Source of the DNA: Candidatus Krumholzibacteriales bacterium
GTDB lineage: Bacteria; Krumholzibacteriota; Krumholzibacteriia; Krumholzibacteriales; WJIX01
DNA: 64,000 nt
Assembly: GCA_046483305.1 (NCBI GenBank)
Contig: JAWODM010000021.1
Coordinates: 15,503 to 79,502, forward strand
Direction of reading: 5' to 3'
Part shown: positions 9,241 through 18,435 of the stretch, in pieces
Position numbering within the stretch: the first letter of the stretch is position 1
Layout: every line of letters starts with the position of its first letter
Notes under the pieces: generated by a model
What the model saw: only the letters and a program-made list of their open reading frames with translations
Told to the model about the DNA's origin: nothing
Databases searched by the model: none
Position numbers and translations under genes: made by a program

Positions 9241-10599
9241 TTATTTCTTTTTGATATTCAGCCGCCTCATGACCTTGATAAGACTGGAATGGTCGGCCAG
9301 CCCCAGCTGCTGAGCTGTATTGGTGATGTGCCAGCCGTTTTCCTCCAGCGCCTGCAGTATTATCCGGCGCTCCGCTTCCGCTTTCATCTCCCTGAGAGTT
9401 CCCGCCCCCGGCCCCTTTCCGGAAGAAACTGAGCCGGTTATCCCGTCCGGAACATCCTCCGGGCCTATCGATTCATCGTCGCCGGAGGTAATCACCATCC
9501 TCTCCATGATGTTCCTCAGCTCCCTTACGTTGTTTCTCTTCCAGTCATAGTTCATCAGCATCTCCAGGGCCTCCGGGTCGAGCTTCTTCCCGGAAATACC
9601 GAACCTGCCGCATATCGCCGAAAGGAAATGCTCCGCCAGCTCCGGTATATCAGAAAGCCGCTCTCTAAGGGGAGGTACGTTTATGATATGGACATTCAGC
9701 CGGAAGTAGAGATCCCTGCGGAAACTGCCGCTATCGATACCGGCCTCCAGGTCGCGGTTGGTTGCCGCAACCACCCTGGCGTCGACATCGATGGTTCTTT
9801 CTCCTCCCACTCTGGTAACCTGCCTCTGCTCCAGCACCCGGAGCAGTTTCGCCTGAGCCGGCGGGGGCAGCTCCCCTATTTCGTCCAGAAAGATAATCCC
9901 CCCTTCGGCCCTCTCGAAGGCCCCCCTGCGAAGCCGGCTGGCGCCGGTGAAAGCTCCCCGCTCGTGACCGAACAGCTCGCTCTCGATCAGGCTCTCCGGA
10001 AGTGCGGCGCTGTTAACCGCAACAAACGGGGCATCCTCGCCCGGGCCCAGGCGGTGGATTTCCCTGGCCACCAGCTCCTTGCCGGTTCCGCTCTCTCCGG
10101 TGATAAGGACCGGGCTGGGAATACCGGCGACCAGCGATATCTTCTCTCGCAGCTGCTTCATCACCGGGCTGGAGCCGATGATGCCGCTTTCGGCCCCCAG
10201 CGAGCGCCTGAGGTTATCCACCTCCGACCGGAGGCGTTTCCGCTCCAGGGTGTTCTCCACCTCCCTGGCCACTCTTTCCATCGATTCATCCTTGTCTATA
10301 AAGCTGTAAGCTCCCAGCTTGACAGCTTTCACACACCGGTCATAGCTGCCGGTTCCGGTGTATACGATTACGGGGATATCTACCTGTTTCTCCACCAGGG
10401 CCCTCAGCACGTCGAACCCGTCCATCCCGGGCATTTCCAGGTCCAGGATCATGCAGTCAACCGGCTCCCGCGCTACAATCTCCAGCGCGTCCCCTCCCCC
10501 GGTGGCCATAATAGTCCTGTATCCGCCTATCCTCTTGAGATCGTACGCGTACTGCTCCGCCAGCGCCGGAACGTCATCTACTATCAGTATCAGAGCCAT
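9241..10599 (-). CDS. Sigma-54-dependent response regulator (NtrC family: REC-AAA+-HTH)
   Basis: IVDD, LDLEMP, GESGTGKE, ESELFGHERGAFTGA, FLDEIGE, FRRDLYFRLNV, NVRELRN, C-terminal Fis-type HTH. Confidence 0.95.
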   Translation of the reverse strand: MALILIVDDVPALAEQYAYDLKRIGGYRTIMATGGGDALEIVAREPVDCMILDLEMPGMDGFDVLRALVEKQVDIPVIVYTGTGSYDRCVKAVKLGAYSFIDKDESMERVAREVENTLERKRLRSEVDNLRRSLGAESGIIGSSPVMKQLREKISLVAGIPSPVLITGESGTGKELVAREIHRLGPGEDAPFVAVNSAALPESLIESELFGHERGAFTGASRLRRGAFERAEGGIIFLDEIGELPPPAQAKLLRVLEQRQVTRVGGERTIDVDARVVAATNRDLEAGIDSGSFRRDLYFRLNVHIINVPPLRERLSDIPELAEHFLSAICGRFGISGKKLDPEALEMLMNYDWKRNNVRELRNIMERMVITSGDDESIGPEDVPDGITGSVSSGKGPGAGTLREMKAEAERRIILQALEENGWHITNTAQQLGLADHSSLIKVMRRLNIKKK

Positions 10600-10678
10600 T
10601 TCATCCTCCGGGGATAAATTAGCATATACCGAAACATATATCCACTAACAATAAATGGCACCGGCCCGGTCCGCCGGT

Positions 10679-11671
10679 TCAGCGGATCACTATGATGTTT
10701 TCAAAGTCCGCTCTCTCCCCGGAATTCCGGTCGTTGACGGTGGTTACAATCCGGTAGGTGCCGGCCGGGAGGCCGCCGGGTGTATATGTGAGGTCCAGGG
10801 AAAAATCGAACTTGGGAAAAGGAGATATATTGTCGAACCGGAAGGCGTTTCCCCGTTCGGCCAGCATCTCGCCCTCCAGCGTGAGTACCATGAAATCGGT
10901 GGTAATATTTATATGGTAGCTGTCTCCCTTTCTCTTCAGGGAGTGCCCGTAGATCTGCGAGGTAATGTAGATCGGCTCATCCTGGCCGAAGAAATTATCT
11001 TTTTTCAGAGTGTAGTCTTCAGGGTCCGCTATCAGCCTGACATTCCTTACTTCCAGGGGAACTTCGTCCCATATGGAGAAAATCGCATCTCTGAGAGCTC
11101 TGACCGCTTCCACCTTTCTTCCGGCGCTGTTGTGCTCCACCGCCTCGGCGGCGAATGAGGCGAAATCTTCTCCGTTCATATCTCCACTTCCGCCTCTTTC
11201 TGAACTGCCGGATTTATCGGCCCTTTTCTCCTGAATTATATTCAGCCGGTACCATCCCTTCCAGCTTCCGGCCACCAGATGTGTCCAGTACTTTTCACCC
11301 CCGGAGGAAACTACAAAAAGAAGATTGCGGTTATCCTCACCCAGAACTTCAGCCCCCCGCTCAATAGCCGCCCTCTTGAATTTTTCGATGATAACCGGCC
11401 CGGTTTCCGATTCATCCCTTTTTCCATCAGCTCCCAGGAACTCATACTCGAGCATCCAGTACTTTCCGCTCACCTTCTTCTCTATCAATTCTCCATCCGT
11501 TATATACCTGAACGTATAGGCAACATGATCGCTGTATTCGTATTCGTCAGGGTCGAGGGTGGATCCGGGGAGCGGTTTTATTACCGGGTGGTCCGTTACT
11601 TCCAACCCGGAAAGGAAGGAAGGTGAAATCAGAATGAGGAAAATCATCGAAAGATATATGGTCCTTTTCAT
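10679..11671 (-). CDS. Exported two-domain hypothetical protein
   Basis: Signal peptide after ATG 11671 (GGAGG RBS); N-domain DHPVIKPLPGS resembles N-termini of OmpA/DUF4892-type proteins; G/S linker; beta-rich C-domain. Confidence 0.6.
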   Translation of the reverse strand: MKRTIYLSMIFLILISPSFLSGLEVTDHPVIKPLPGSTLDPDEYEYSDHVAYTFRYITDGELIEKKVSGKYWMLEYEFLGADGKRDESETGPVIIEKFKRAAIERGAEVLGEDNRNLLFVVSSGGEKYWTHLVAGSWKGWYRLNIIQEKRADKSGSSERGGSGDMNGEDFASFAAEAVEHNSAGRKVEAVRALRDAIFSIWDEVPLEVRNVRLIADPEDYTLKKDNFFGQDEPIYITSQIYGHSLKRKGDSYHINITTDFMVLTLEGEMLAERGNAFRFDNISPFPKFDFSLDLTYTPGGLPAGTYRIVTTVNDRNSGERADFENIIVIR

Positions 11672-11932
11672 GGCCTCAGCCTCCCGCTCTAAGATTAATA
11701 TTTCTGCCTGTTCTTCATCGGCGCGCATATTATTTATCGGATGCGAGTAAAGATAGTAGCCCTAAATACCGGTATATTTCAGTACAGGCCGGACTGTCAA
11801 GCCATCTTTCTCCCCTGCCGAAGGTTCGGAAGCGTTCTTTTCCCCTGTTTTAAATCTGCGGGCAAACGGTTACTCCTGTTATTTATGGGAAATATAATTA
11901 TGAGTTAAATATCAAACTGTTATGGAAACCGG

Positions 11933-13630
11933 TTACCGCTCTGAGGCTAAAGGCAGAATCACCGTGAAGGTAGTCCCCTTGCCTTCTTCGCTCTCCACGC
12001 TCAACGAACCTCCCAGGTCCGTTACCAGCCGCTTTGCGATGGACAATCCCAGGCCGGTTCCGTCTTTGCGGGTGCTGTAGAAGTGGTCGAATATCCTCGT
12101 TTTCTCCTTTTCACTGATCCCTTCACCTGTATCTGAGACCGAAATACTGACTGCCGGGCGGTTATCATCTCCATGAGTCCCGGAGGAGGCAACGGTTATC
12201 TTCCCCGGCTTCGATACCAGGGCGTCCCGGGCGTTCTTAAGCAGATTTTCCATAACCCTCTGCAGGGCGATCGGATCTCCCTCAATTTCCGCTATCTCCC
12301 CCAGGTCCACGGAAAGCTCCACGGAATCGATACCTTCAAGGATACCGGTTGACTTCCTGATCACCCCGTTGACATCGAAACGCTCATTCCGGGTTCCGGC
12401 AGTCAGCCCGGCGTACCTGGTAGCCAGCTCTTCCAGGTAGGAGATGCTGCTCTCCAGAGAGTTCTTCCTCTCCATGAAGGTGCGCCCCAGCTCCCCGGAG
12501 TCCGTTCCGGCCAGCTGCGACAGATGCCGGAAGATATTCCTTATGGGAGCCAGCCCGTTCTTTATATCATGATTCACCTGCCTTGCCAGTTCTCCCAGAG
12601 TAGCCCGCCGTTCGGCATCCTTTATCTCTGCGGCGCTTTTTCTGAGCCGGGCGGTCATGGAATTGAGCACCCCGGAGAGTTTTCCTATTTCATCTTCCCT
12701 GTCGGTACTGAAATCGATATCCAGGTTATCCAGGTCCAGCCGGGAGGTCTTGCCGGCCAGCTCCTCCAGTGGCCGGCTTACCCTGGCGGCCAGCCATCTC
12801 ACCAGTATCACCGCCAGCGCCGTCGCCGCCACCACCACTATCAGAAACCATCTGTCGATACTTCCGAGCAACTGATCGAGCGATGCCAGGTCGTGTGATA
12901 CAACAAAAGATGCTCCGGACAGCTGTTCAGCGCCCGTATCGGCAAACTCTATGGCCAGGTATCGGATTAATCTGTTATCCCCTGCTGTTTCTTCGGAAAC
13001 ACCTTCTTCCGGAACAGCTCCGCCCGGATATCGTAGCGAAACCGTCATTCCCCCGCTTCGGGCCATACGCCGGAGGAAAGATTCTCCAATCCGGAATCCG
13101 CCGGTTACGGTAAAGCGCTCTCCGGACATGGTCAGCGAGTCAACCCGGGCCATGGCAACGAACGAGGAACCGGGAGAACGGGCCCTGACCAATGCCGGGG
13201 AGGCGCCCGCCCTCGAGAGCAACCCGGGCAGCTGCGGCTCCATCCGGTCGTATTCGTTCCTGAAGTGGCCGGAGCTTATTATTTTCCCGCCCCTGTCCTG
13301 TATCTGAAGCATATCCAGCCCGGCAAGATTCATAACATCCCCGGCGTAATCCAGAAGATACCTCCTATGCGCGGGGTCCCGGTCCACTGCCGCTCTCCGG
13401 AATCTGTTGTCTTCCGATATATCCAGGCATATCTGATTCAGAGTTACCCTCAGCGATTGATCTTTTTGCTCAAGGTCCTCTTCAATCACTGAAACCAGGG
13501 ATTCAACCCGCTCCCTGTACTGGCCGGTAAGCCTTCCGGTCATCTCGCCCCGGATCAGAATTGAAAGAACGGCCACCGGCAGCAGGACCGCCAGCAGGAA
13601 AAAGAGAGTCAAACGGGTTCTGAAAGTCAT
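11933..13630 (-). CDS. HAMP-domain sensor histidine kinase (NtrY-like topology)
   Basis: Two TM helices around a periplasmic domain; HAMP (SRPLEEL..DEIGKL); H-box RQVNHDIKNGL; N-box ENLLKNARDA; DTGEGI; GTGLGLSI. Confidence 0.92.
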   Translation of the reverse strand: MTFRTRLTLFFLLAVLLPVAVLSILIRGEMTGRLTGQYRERVESLVSVIEEDLEQKDQSLRVTLNQICLDISEDNRFRRAAVDRDPAHRRYLLDYAGDVMNLAGLDMLQIQDRGGKIISSGHFRNEYDRMEPQLPGLLSRAGASPALVRARSPGSSFVAMARVDSLTMSGERFTVTGGFRIGESFLRRMARSGGMTVSLRYPGGAVPEEGVSEETAGDNRLIRYLAIEFADTGAEQLSGASFVVSHDLASLDQLLGSIDRWFLIVVVAATALAVILVRWLAARVSRPLEELAGKTSRLDLDNLDIDFSTDREDEIGKLSGVLNSMTARLRKSAAEIKDAERRATLGELARQVNHDIKNGLAPIRNIFRHLSQLAGTDSGELGRTFMERKNSLESSISYLEELATRYAGLTAGTRNERFDVNGVIRKSTGILEGIDSVELSVDLGEIAEIEGDPIALQRVMENLLKNARDALVSKPGKITVASSGTHGDDNRPAVSISVSDTGEGISEKEKTRIFDHFYSTRKDGTGLGLSIAKRLVTDLGGSLSVESEEGKGTTFTVILPLASER

Positions 13631-13636
13631 CGGGGC

Positions 13637-15130
13637 CTACCTTCCGTTCGCGGGTCTGGTCACAAAGAATATACCGCCTGCCCGGTCCAGAGACAGTGCG
13701 GGGAGCTTTCTTCCGGCTATCAGGTAATATCTGATATCCACCAGAGGCATTACCGTTTCTTCGAGCCCCACTCCGGAACCGGCCAGCCATCTCGCTTTCC
13801 CGATCAAGGCAAGCGCTTCCACGCAGCGGTCCGCCGGCTGAGAGGAAACCGGAATTATATAGGCGAAATCTCTTCCCGCCGCCAGGCTTGAATATAGCTC
13901 ATCTGAACTTACTCCATAGGCCATTATCCCGGCTTTACCTATACCGGGAACAGCCCCTGCCAGCGAAGAAGCCCGGCCGTCCCCCCCACCCGACGAAAGT
14001 GCGACCATCCTGCCCGCCAGCTCACCGGCTGTCCGGTCACTCTTATGATAGAGCACCCGCCACCCTGAATACTCAGAATTAAATCCGGGGATAAACCGGT
14101 GCTGATATCTTGTGATCCCGGCGAGCCTGGAGCAGCCCCCCAGGTTCCTGCACCAGGAGCCCGGGGTTGAACCCCGCGCTTCAGCCCTGACCGCGTTATT
14201 CGCCAGGTCTTCTCTTATTTCATCGGCCAGGCAAGTGACTTTCTCCCCGTTCCTGAGAGCGTTGACCCTGGTGGATGAAATCAGCAGATAAGTTCTGCTC
14301 CAGGGAAGGGGCATGGAAAAAAGATTATCAACTTCGCGTGCATAGCTGACAACCGAAGGATCGGAAGTAATACTGACATCCACTCTCTCTCCCAGCCTGT
14401 CCAGAACTTCATCTCCGGGCATATAAACAAATCTGATCACCGGCCCCTGGTGGTCCCCCGAAGGTTTAATTACCATCTCCTCCCCGGATAAGCCCTCTCC
14501 AGCTTCCACCGGTCGGTAAGGCCCCGTTCCAACGGGATATTCCGAAATGCGGAAAGACTTTGCCACATGGAAATCAGGGGCGGCGAGGATCCGGGGAACC
14601 CTGCCGCAGGAATGATCCAGGTACAGGTTGATTACATAATCCCCCTCCGATCTGACCGAGTCTATACCTGCCCTCGCCCTGATCTCCCCGCTCAGGTTCC
14701 GGTTCCAGCTTCCGATAATATCTGAGGCCGAAAGCTCCGATCCATCCCAGAACCTGATCCCTCTTCTTATTCTGAAACTCCACATCCGCCCGCCCCGGCT
14801 GCGGCTCCATCCCGCGGCGATAAGCGGCTGCGCCTTTCCCAGGCAATCGATTGCAAACAGGGGCTGATAGAGATGGGCGAAAATCACTCTTTCGCTGTAA
14901 TTAATTGCAACCGGCGCGTTTTCGCCGTCTACGGGGAAGGGCAGAGAAACAGTGACCGTATCAGGCGCCTGAACGGAGCCTTCCATCAGAATACACTCCG
15001 GGGGGAAATCCCGGACCGGCCCCGGCCGGTTGAAACTTCCGCATGAGAAGAAAATTACCCCCCCAAGCACCAGAATGCCCGTTACCAGGAGACTTCGCGG
15101 CGATATTTTATTCAAGTAAACGCTATTCAT
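13637..15130 (-). CDS. Family-5 (Opp/Dpp-like) solute-binding-protein-like lipoprotein
   Basis: Lipobox FFSC; LYQPL..PLIAAGW..WSFRIRRGIRFWDGSELSASDIIGSW and PVGTGPYR are SBP_bac_5 motifs; C-half divergent. Confidence 0.7.
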   Translation of the reverse strand: MNSVYLNKISPRSLLVTGILVLGGVIFFSCGSFNRPGPVRDFPPECILMEGSVQAPDTVTVSLPFPVDGENAPVAINYSERVIFAHLYQPLFAIDCLGKAQPLIAAGWSRSRGGRMWSFRIRRGIRFWDGSELSASDIIGSWNRNLSGEIRARAGIDSVRSEGDYVINLYLDHSCGRVPRILAAPDFHVAKSFRISEYPVGTGPYRPVEAGEGLSGEEMVIKPSGDHQGPVIRFVYMPGDEVLDRLGERVDVSITSDPSVVSYAREVDNLFSMPLPWSRTYLLISSTRVNALRNGEKVTCLADEIREDLANNAVRAEARGSTPGSWCRNLGGCSRLAGITRYQHRFIPGFNSEYSGWRVLYHKSDRTAGELAGRMVALSSGGGDGRASSLAGAVPGIGKAGIMAYGVSSDELYSSLAAGRDFAYIIPVSSQPADRCVEALALIGKARWLAGSGVGLEETVMPLVDIRYYLIAGRKLPALSLDRAGGIFFVTRPANGR

Positions 15131-15191
15131 TATTGGGTCACGGGGTTAAAATAAAAGATTACCTGCCCGCTTCTAAATGAAATCCGGCTTC

Positions 15192-15220
15192 ACTATAAAT
15201 TTAAGCAGGGCCGGTGTCAA
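15192..15220 (-). promoter_or_regulatory. Sigma-70-type promoter for the SBP-kinase operon
   Basis: TTGACA-N17-TATAGT about 60 nt upstream of ATG 15130. Confidence 0.6.
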
Positions 15221-15434
15221 AGGCAAAAGGTCCTGTTAAACTTTCATTCCAGTACCAGAGCGGGGGCTGTCAACTTAAAAGAGGGATGAAGGGGCGGCCC
15301 GGAAATCATATACAGATCCGGGTACGCGGAATCTTTTTTATCGTCATGCTCGGGAAAGATGCGGCTTCCATCCGCTCAGAAGGGCTTCGTAATAATTTCC
15401 AGAATAATCTCCGCCCTCAGTAAGTCCGGCCTCT

Positions 15435-16544
15435 CTAAAAAGCAGCGGTTTTCTCATCGAAATCCGCGCCGATCTTCAAATTGTTATCTATCCGCAAAAA
15501 GGGGGCTGAGTATCCGGTTAATTCCGCGGTCCTGTCATATCTTATGGAAAATTGCTCCTCCCCGTTCTCTTCCGCTCCGGAATGGACCGGCAGTTCACCG
15601 CTGAAATCTATCTCCCCGGAAGTTCCAAATTCTCCTGAAGGGCGCTGCCGGGCAAGCACATTGGGAACTATCATGTAGAAGGCATTCTTATACTTATCCT
15701 TTCCGGTAATCTCTGCCAGCAGGCCGGCTGCCCAGGCCGATTTTCCGTTTGCCAGTATGCCCTCCCTGAACTCCGGTATCAGGGTAATAAAGTTGAAATA
15801 GGACTCAGCCGCAGACAGGTAATTTCTCCTGCGGAATACCTTGTACATTTCGCTCATCACCGCTGAACAGAAGGCGGGAAGCCAGGCCTTTTCTCCCTTC
15901 CGGTCAAATATATAACGGTAATAAGCTCTTTCGGAGATGTCGTCCTGACGCAGGCAGCGCCAGTTCCTGTCGAAACTCAAATCCAGGCCGGTCAGAAGGT
16001 CTGACTGTCTTTCCAGAGCCTCGCACATGAATTCAGCTGCCTTCAGCGAAGCCCCCCTGTTTCCGGTAAGCAGAAACGCCCTTCCGCAGCTGGCTGCTGT
16101 CGCCAGGTCATACCTCTCCCTGACCGAATAAACTGCCGGGCCGGTCTTGACCCCCCCGGTGAGTGAATTCTGCTGCTTGGCCAGATTCCTGCATATCATT
16201 TCCGAGAAACGGTAATCCCCCAGCATCCAGGAACCGATTGCTATCCAGCCGTCCATACAGTTAGCCAGGTTGCGCTGCATCCGGGCCAGCTCTGTCTTAC
16301 GGCCGCCACGGCATAGCTGGTTCTTTTCATTGACCAGGTTTTCCCTGATAAAGTTCAAACACCTGGCGCCCTGATCCCACAGCCCCGCAACGGCAAACAG
16401 CGCAAGCGACTTGTAATAACTGGCAAGGTCAAATGAGGAGTGTTCAAAACCGCCGTCATCCCTGAGAGCCGCGGACATCCACGCGGCGCCTCTTTCGATT
16501 GAATCTGTCAGTTTCTTCTTTAGATTGCGGGTTTGTTTATTCAT
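15435..16544 (-). CDS. Hypothetical protein, probable alpha/alpha-toroid (six-hairpin/terpene-cyclase-like) fold
   Basis: 369-aa helical ORF; QW-like motifs WMSAALRDDGGF, LAKQQNSLTGG, LARQRPSGEF. Confidence 0.5.
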   Translation of the reverse strand: MNKQTRNLKKKLTDSIERGAAWMSAALRDDGGFEHSSFDLASYYKSLALFAVAGLWDQGARCLNFIRENLVNEKNQLCRGGRKTELARMQRNLANCMDGWIAIGSWMLGDYRFSEMICRNLAKQQNSLTGGVKTGPAVYSVRERYDLATAASCGRAFLLTGNRGASLKAAEFMCEALERQSDLLTGLDLSFDRNWRCLRQDDISERAYYRYIFDRKGEKAWLPAFCSAVMSEMYKVFRRRNYLSAAESYFNFITLIPEFREGILANGKSAWAAGLLAEITGKDKYKNAFYMIVPNVLARQRPSGEFGTSGEIDFSGELPVHSGAEENGEEQFSIRYDRTAELTGYSAPFLRIDNNLKIGADFDEKTAAF

Positions 16545-17015
16545 ACCAACGACATCCCTTCCTCTCCAGGGAGACGGTTCTCATGATCAGCCATTGGTCA
16601 TATCTTCACACAGCCGATATCCCTGCCTATCAGGAATACTCCACACCGGGAACTTCCAATGTCCATGCAGTATTAACCTAAACAACTATTCTAATATTAC
16701 TTATCTCTTCCCCTTATCAAAACTCACTGACCGCGAGCGGATAACCGGTACCGGCCCGGCGCCTGAAGCAACTGTTAATTTAACCGCCACCCCTGCCGAA
16801 ACAATTAACTTTGCTTTAATCCCCCATCTTTATCAGATTATTACCGGAAAGGGTCAGGCCCGTCAATAAAAAAACAGATTGTCCTATCCCATGGGTTTTT
16901 CCATAATCTTAAACAGGAATGGCGCAGGCCCAGGCGGGCGAATAATGATCAATACCGGCGATACCACCCGCATCGGGGTTGACTCGGCGGTTCAAATCAA
17001 CTGTATTTGCAGCTG

Positions 17016-17423
17016 TTACGACCTGCTTTTCTGCTCTTTCGCCAGGTCTTCCAGGGTCATCTCCCCAAGGGTTTCCTCTATCGATTCCATAATCCTCTTC
17101 CAGAGTTGGAAGGTAGAGCATTGTGCAGTCCTGCTGCAGGCGCCCGGGTTGTCGACACACGGAACAGGGGCAAGCGAGCCCTCGGCCTTCCGGACTATCT
17201 CAAGGCTGGAGATCTTATCCGGAGATCGTGAAAGGGTATACCCCCCCTTTACTCTTGTTATGGTTCCCTCAACCCTGAATGGGCCGATGATATGGTCCAG
17301 ATATTTTAGAGAGATGCCCTGTCTGTCCGCGATATCTTTCAGCAGTACCGGGCCTTCTCCGTAATTGATCGCCAGATCAACCATCGCTCTCAGAGCGTAC
17401 CTGCCTTTTGTCGACATTTTCAT
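17016..17423 (-). CDS. Rrf2 family transcriptional regulator (IscR/CymR-like, three Cys)
   Basis: MKMSTKGRYALRAMVDLA, IADRQGISLKYL, GGYTL, C-x6-C-x5-C, MTLEDL. Confidence 0.92.
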   Translation of the reverse strand: MKMSTKGRYALRAMVDLAINYGEGPVLLKDIADRQGISLKYLDHIIGPFRVEGTITRVKGGYTLSRSPDKISSLEIVRKAEGSLAPVPCVDNPGACSRTAQCSTFQLWKRIMESIEETLGEMTLEDLAKEQKSRS

Positions 17424-17571
17424 GGAAAACCCTCCGGTCAACATTCACATACCAGAATAGCCGCGTGAACTGAATGCGGATGTTCAAATTATTCAGCTGC
17501 CGGATCAGGATTCAGGTTGCCGCCTCATGGTGAACGTCAGGACTGATGCGGCGGCAATTTTCTGTTCATAT

Positions 17572-18099
17572 TTATCCAGCAAATCCACTATCGCTGCCCT
17601 TGACGCAGCACTCATCCGAACCCTCGAATTTACCGCATTCGGAACAGATCCTGGCGTCCCTGCCGGGCCGGGGCATGTTGCAACAGCCTGGCGAACCTTT
17701 TATCAAGCCGCAATCAGAGCATCTCGCGGCATCCTCCGCGCAGCATCTCTCACTATCTTTTTCCTCTCCGCATTCTCCGCATATTATTACCGGAGCGTAC
17801 CCGGCGGTCTCTCCGTTAGCCCTGATTCTGGCCATATATTTATCCGGGTCCTTTCTTATCTCTTCCAGGCAACCTTCACAGCAGGCATATACCCTCCTGC
17901 CCTTGACATCCACATAATGCTGCCTGTCTATTTTGCCTCCCATCACCGGGCAGACAGACTGCGGTTTCACCTTTACTTCCTTCTCAGCAGCCGGGCACCC
18001 CCTGTGGGGATTTTCCCTGCCGCACTGAGCGGAAAGTTCCTGGTTCATGATCATCAATACAGCGACGGCCGTTATAATTGAGAAAAGAATCTTCTTCAT
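17572..18099 (-). CDS. Exported YHS-domain protein with three CxxCGx7CC repeats
   Basis: Signal peptide MKKILFS.. after GGAG; YHS motif CPVMGGKID..KGRRVYACCEGC..KDPDKY; Cys-rich tail. Confidence 0.75.
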   Translation of the reverse strand: MKKILFSIITAVAVLMIMNQELSAQCGRENPHRGCPAAEKEVKVKPQSVCPVMGGKIDRQHYVDVKGRRVYACCEGCLEEIRKDPDKYMARIRANGETAGYAPVIICGECGEEKDSERCCAEDAARCSDCGLIKGSPGCCNMPRPGRDARICSECGKFEGSDECCVKGSDSGFAG

Positions 18100-18204
18100 C
18101 GGTTTCTCCTTTTTCTTCATTCTGGAAGCATCAGTGCGCATAGCTCTAACCAACCAGCGCTTTTCCCTAATACATCCTGAAAACCGGAATACCGGAGCGG
18201 GAAA

Positions 18205-18390
18205 AAAGGGAATAGGCTACAGGCTCCGGAGGGGATATCCATACCTGCATCTGCCAACCGGATCTCGCAAGTCCGAAAGCAAGCCTATTCCCAGTGATAT
18301 AATTCATCCTCAAGCCATTAACGGATCCCTGTTTAATGTTCTACGCTCTCAGATGCATTATACCGATCCTTACTGCCAGCATTCCGCTTT
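18205..18390 (-). ncRNA. Candidate 6S RNA-like non-coding RNA (~186 nt)
   Basis: Hand-folded rod: AAAG.GGAAU/AUUCC.CUUU, GCU.GCAG/CUGUAGC, GGAU/AUCC, UGCAUCUG/CAGAUGCA; central bubble nt 42-61 opposite nt 123-137; apical stem; upstream sigma-70 promoter; 3' U6 run. Confidence 0.5.
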
Positions 18391-18435
18391 ACTTCAGGAT
18401 ATTCTACCATTCCAGTAGAATTATAGAACTAATGA

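Noticed and set aside
9628..10617. 329-aa plus-strand ORF and similar long antisense ORFs (e.g. 18559-19455, 50219-51007, 59229-60083)
   Set aside because: Fully overlap well-supported genes on the opposite strand; expected from codon bias
18208..18292. tRNA, SRP RNA or known riboswitch (yybP-ykoY, NiCo, c-di-GMP, SAM) identity for the structured element
   Set aside because: Lacks the T-loop/CCA, the SRP AGCAG motif and the conserved aptamer cores as far as I can judge by eye
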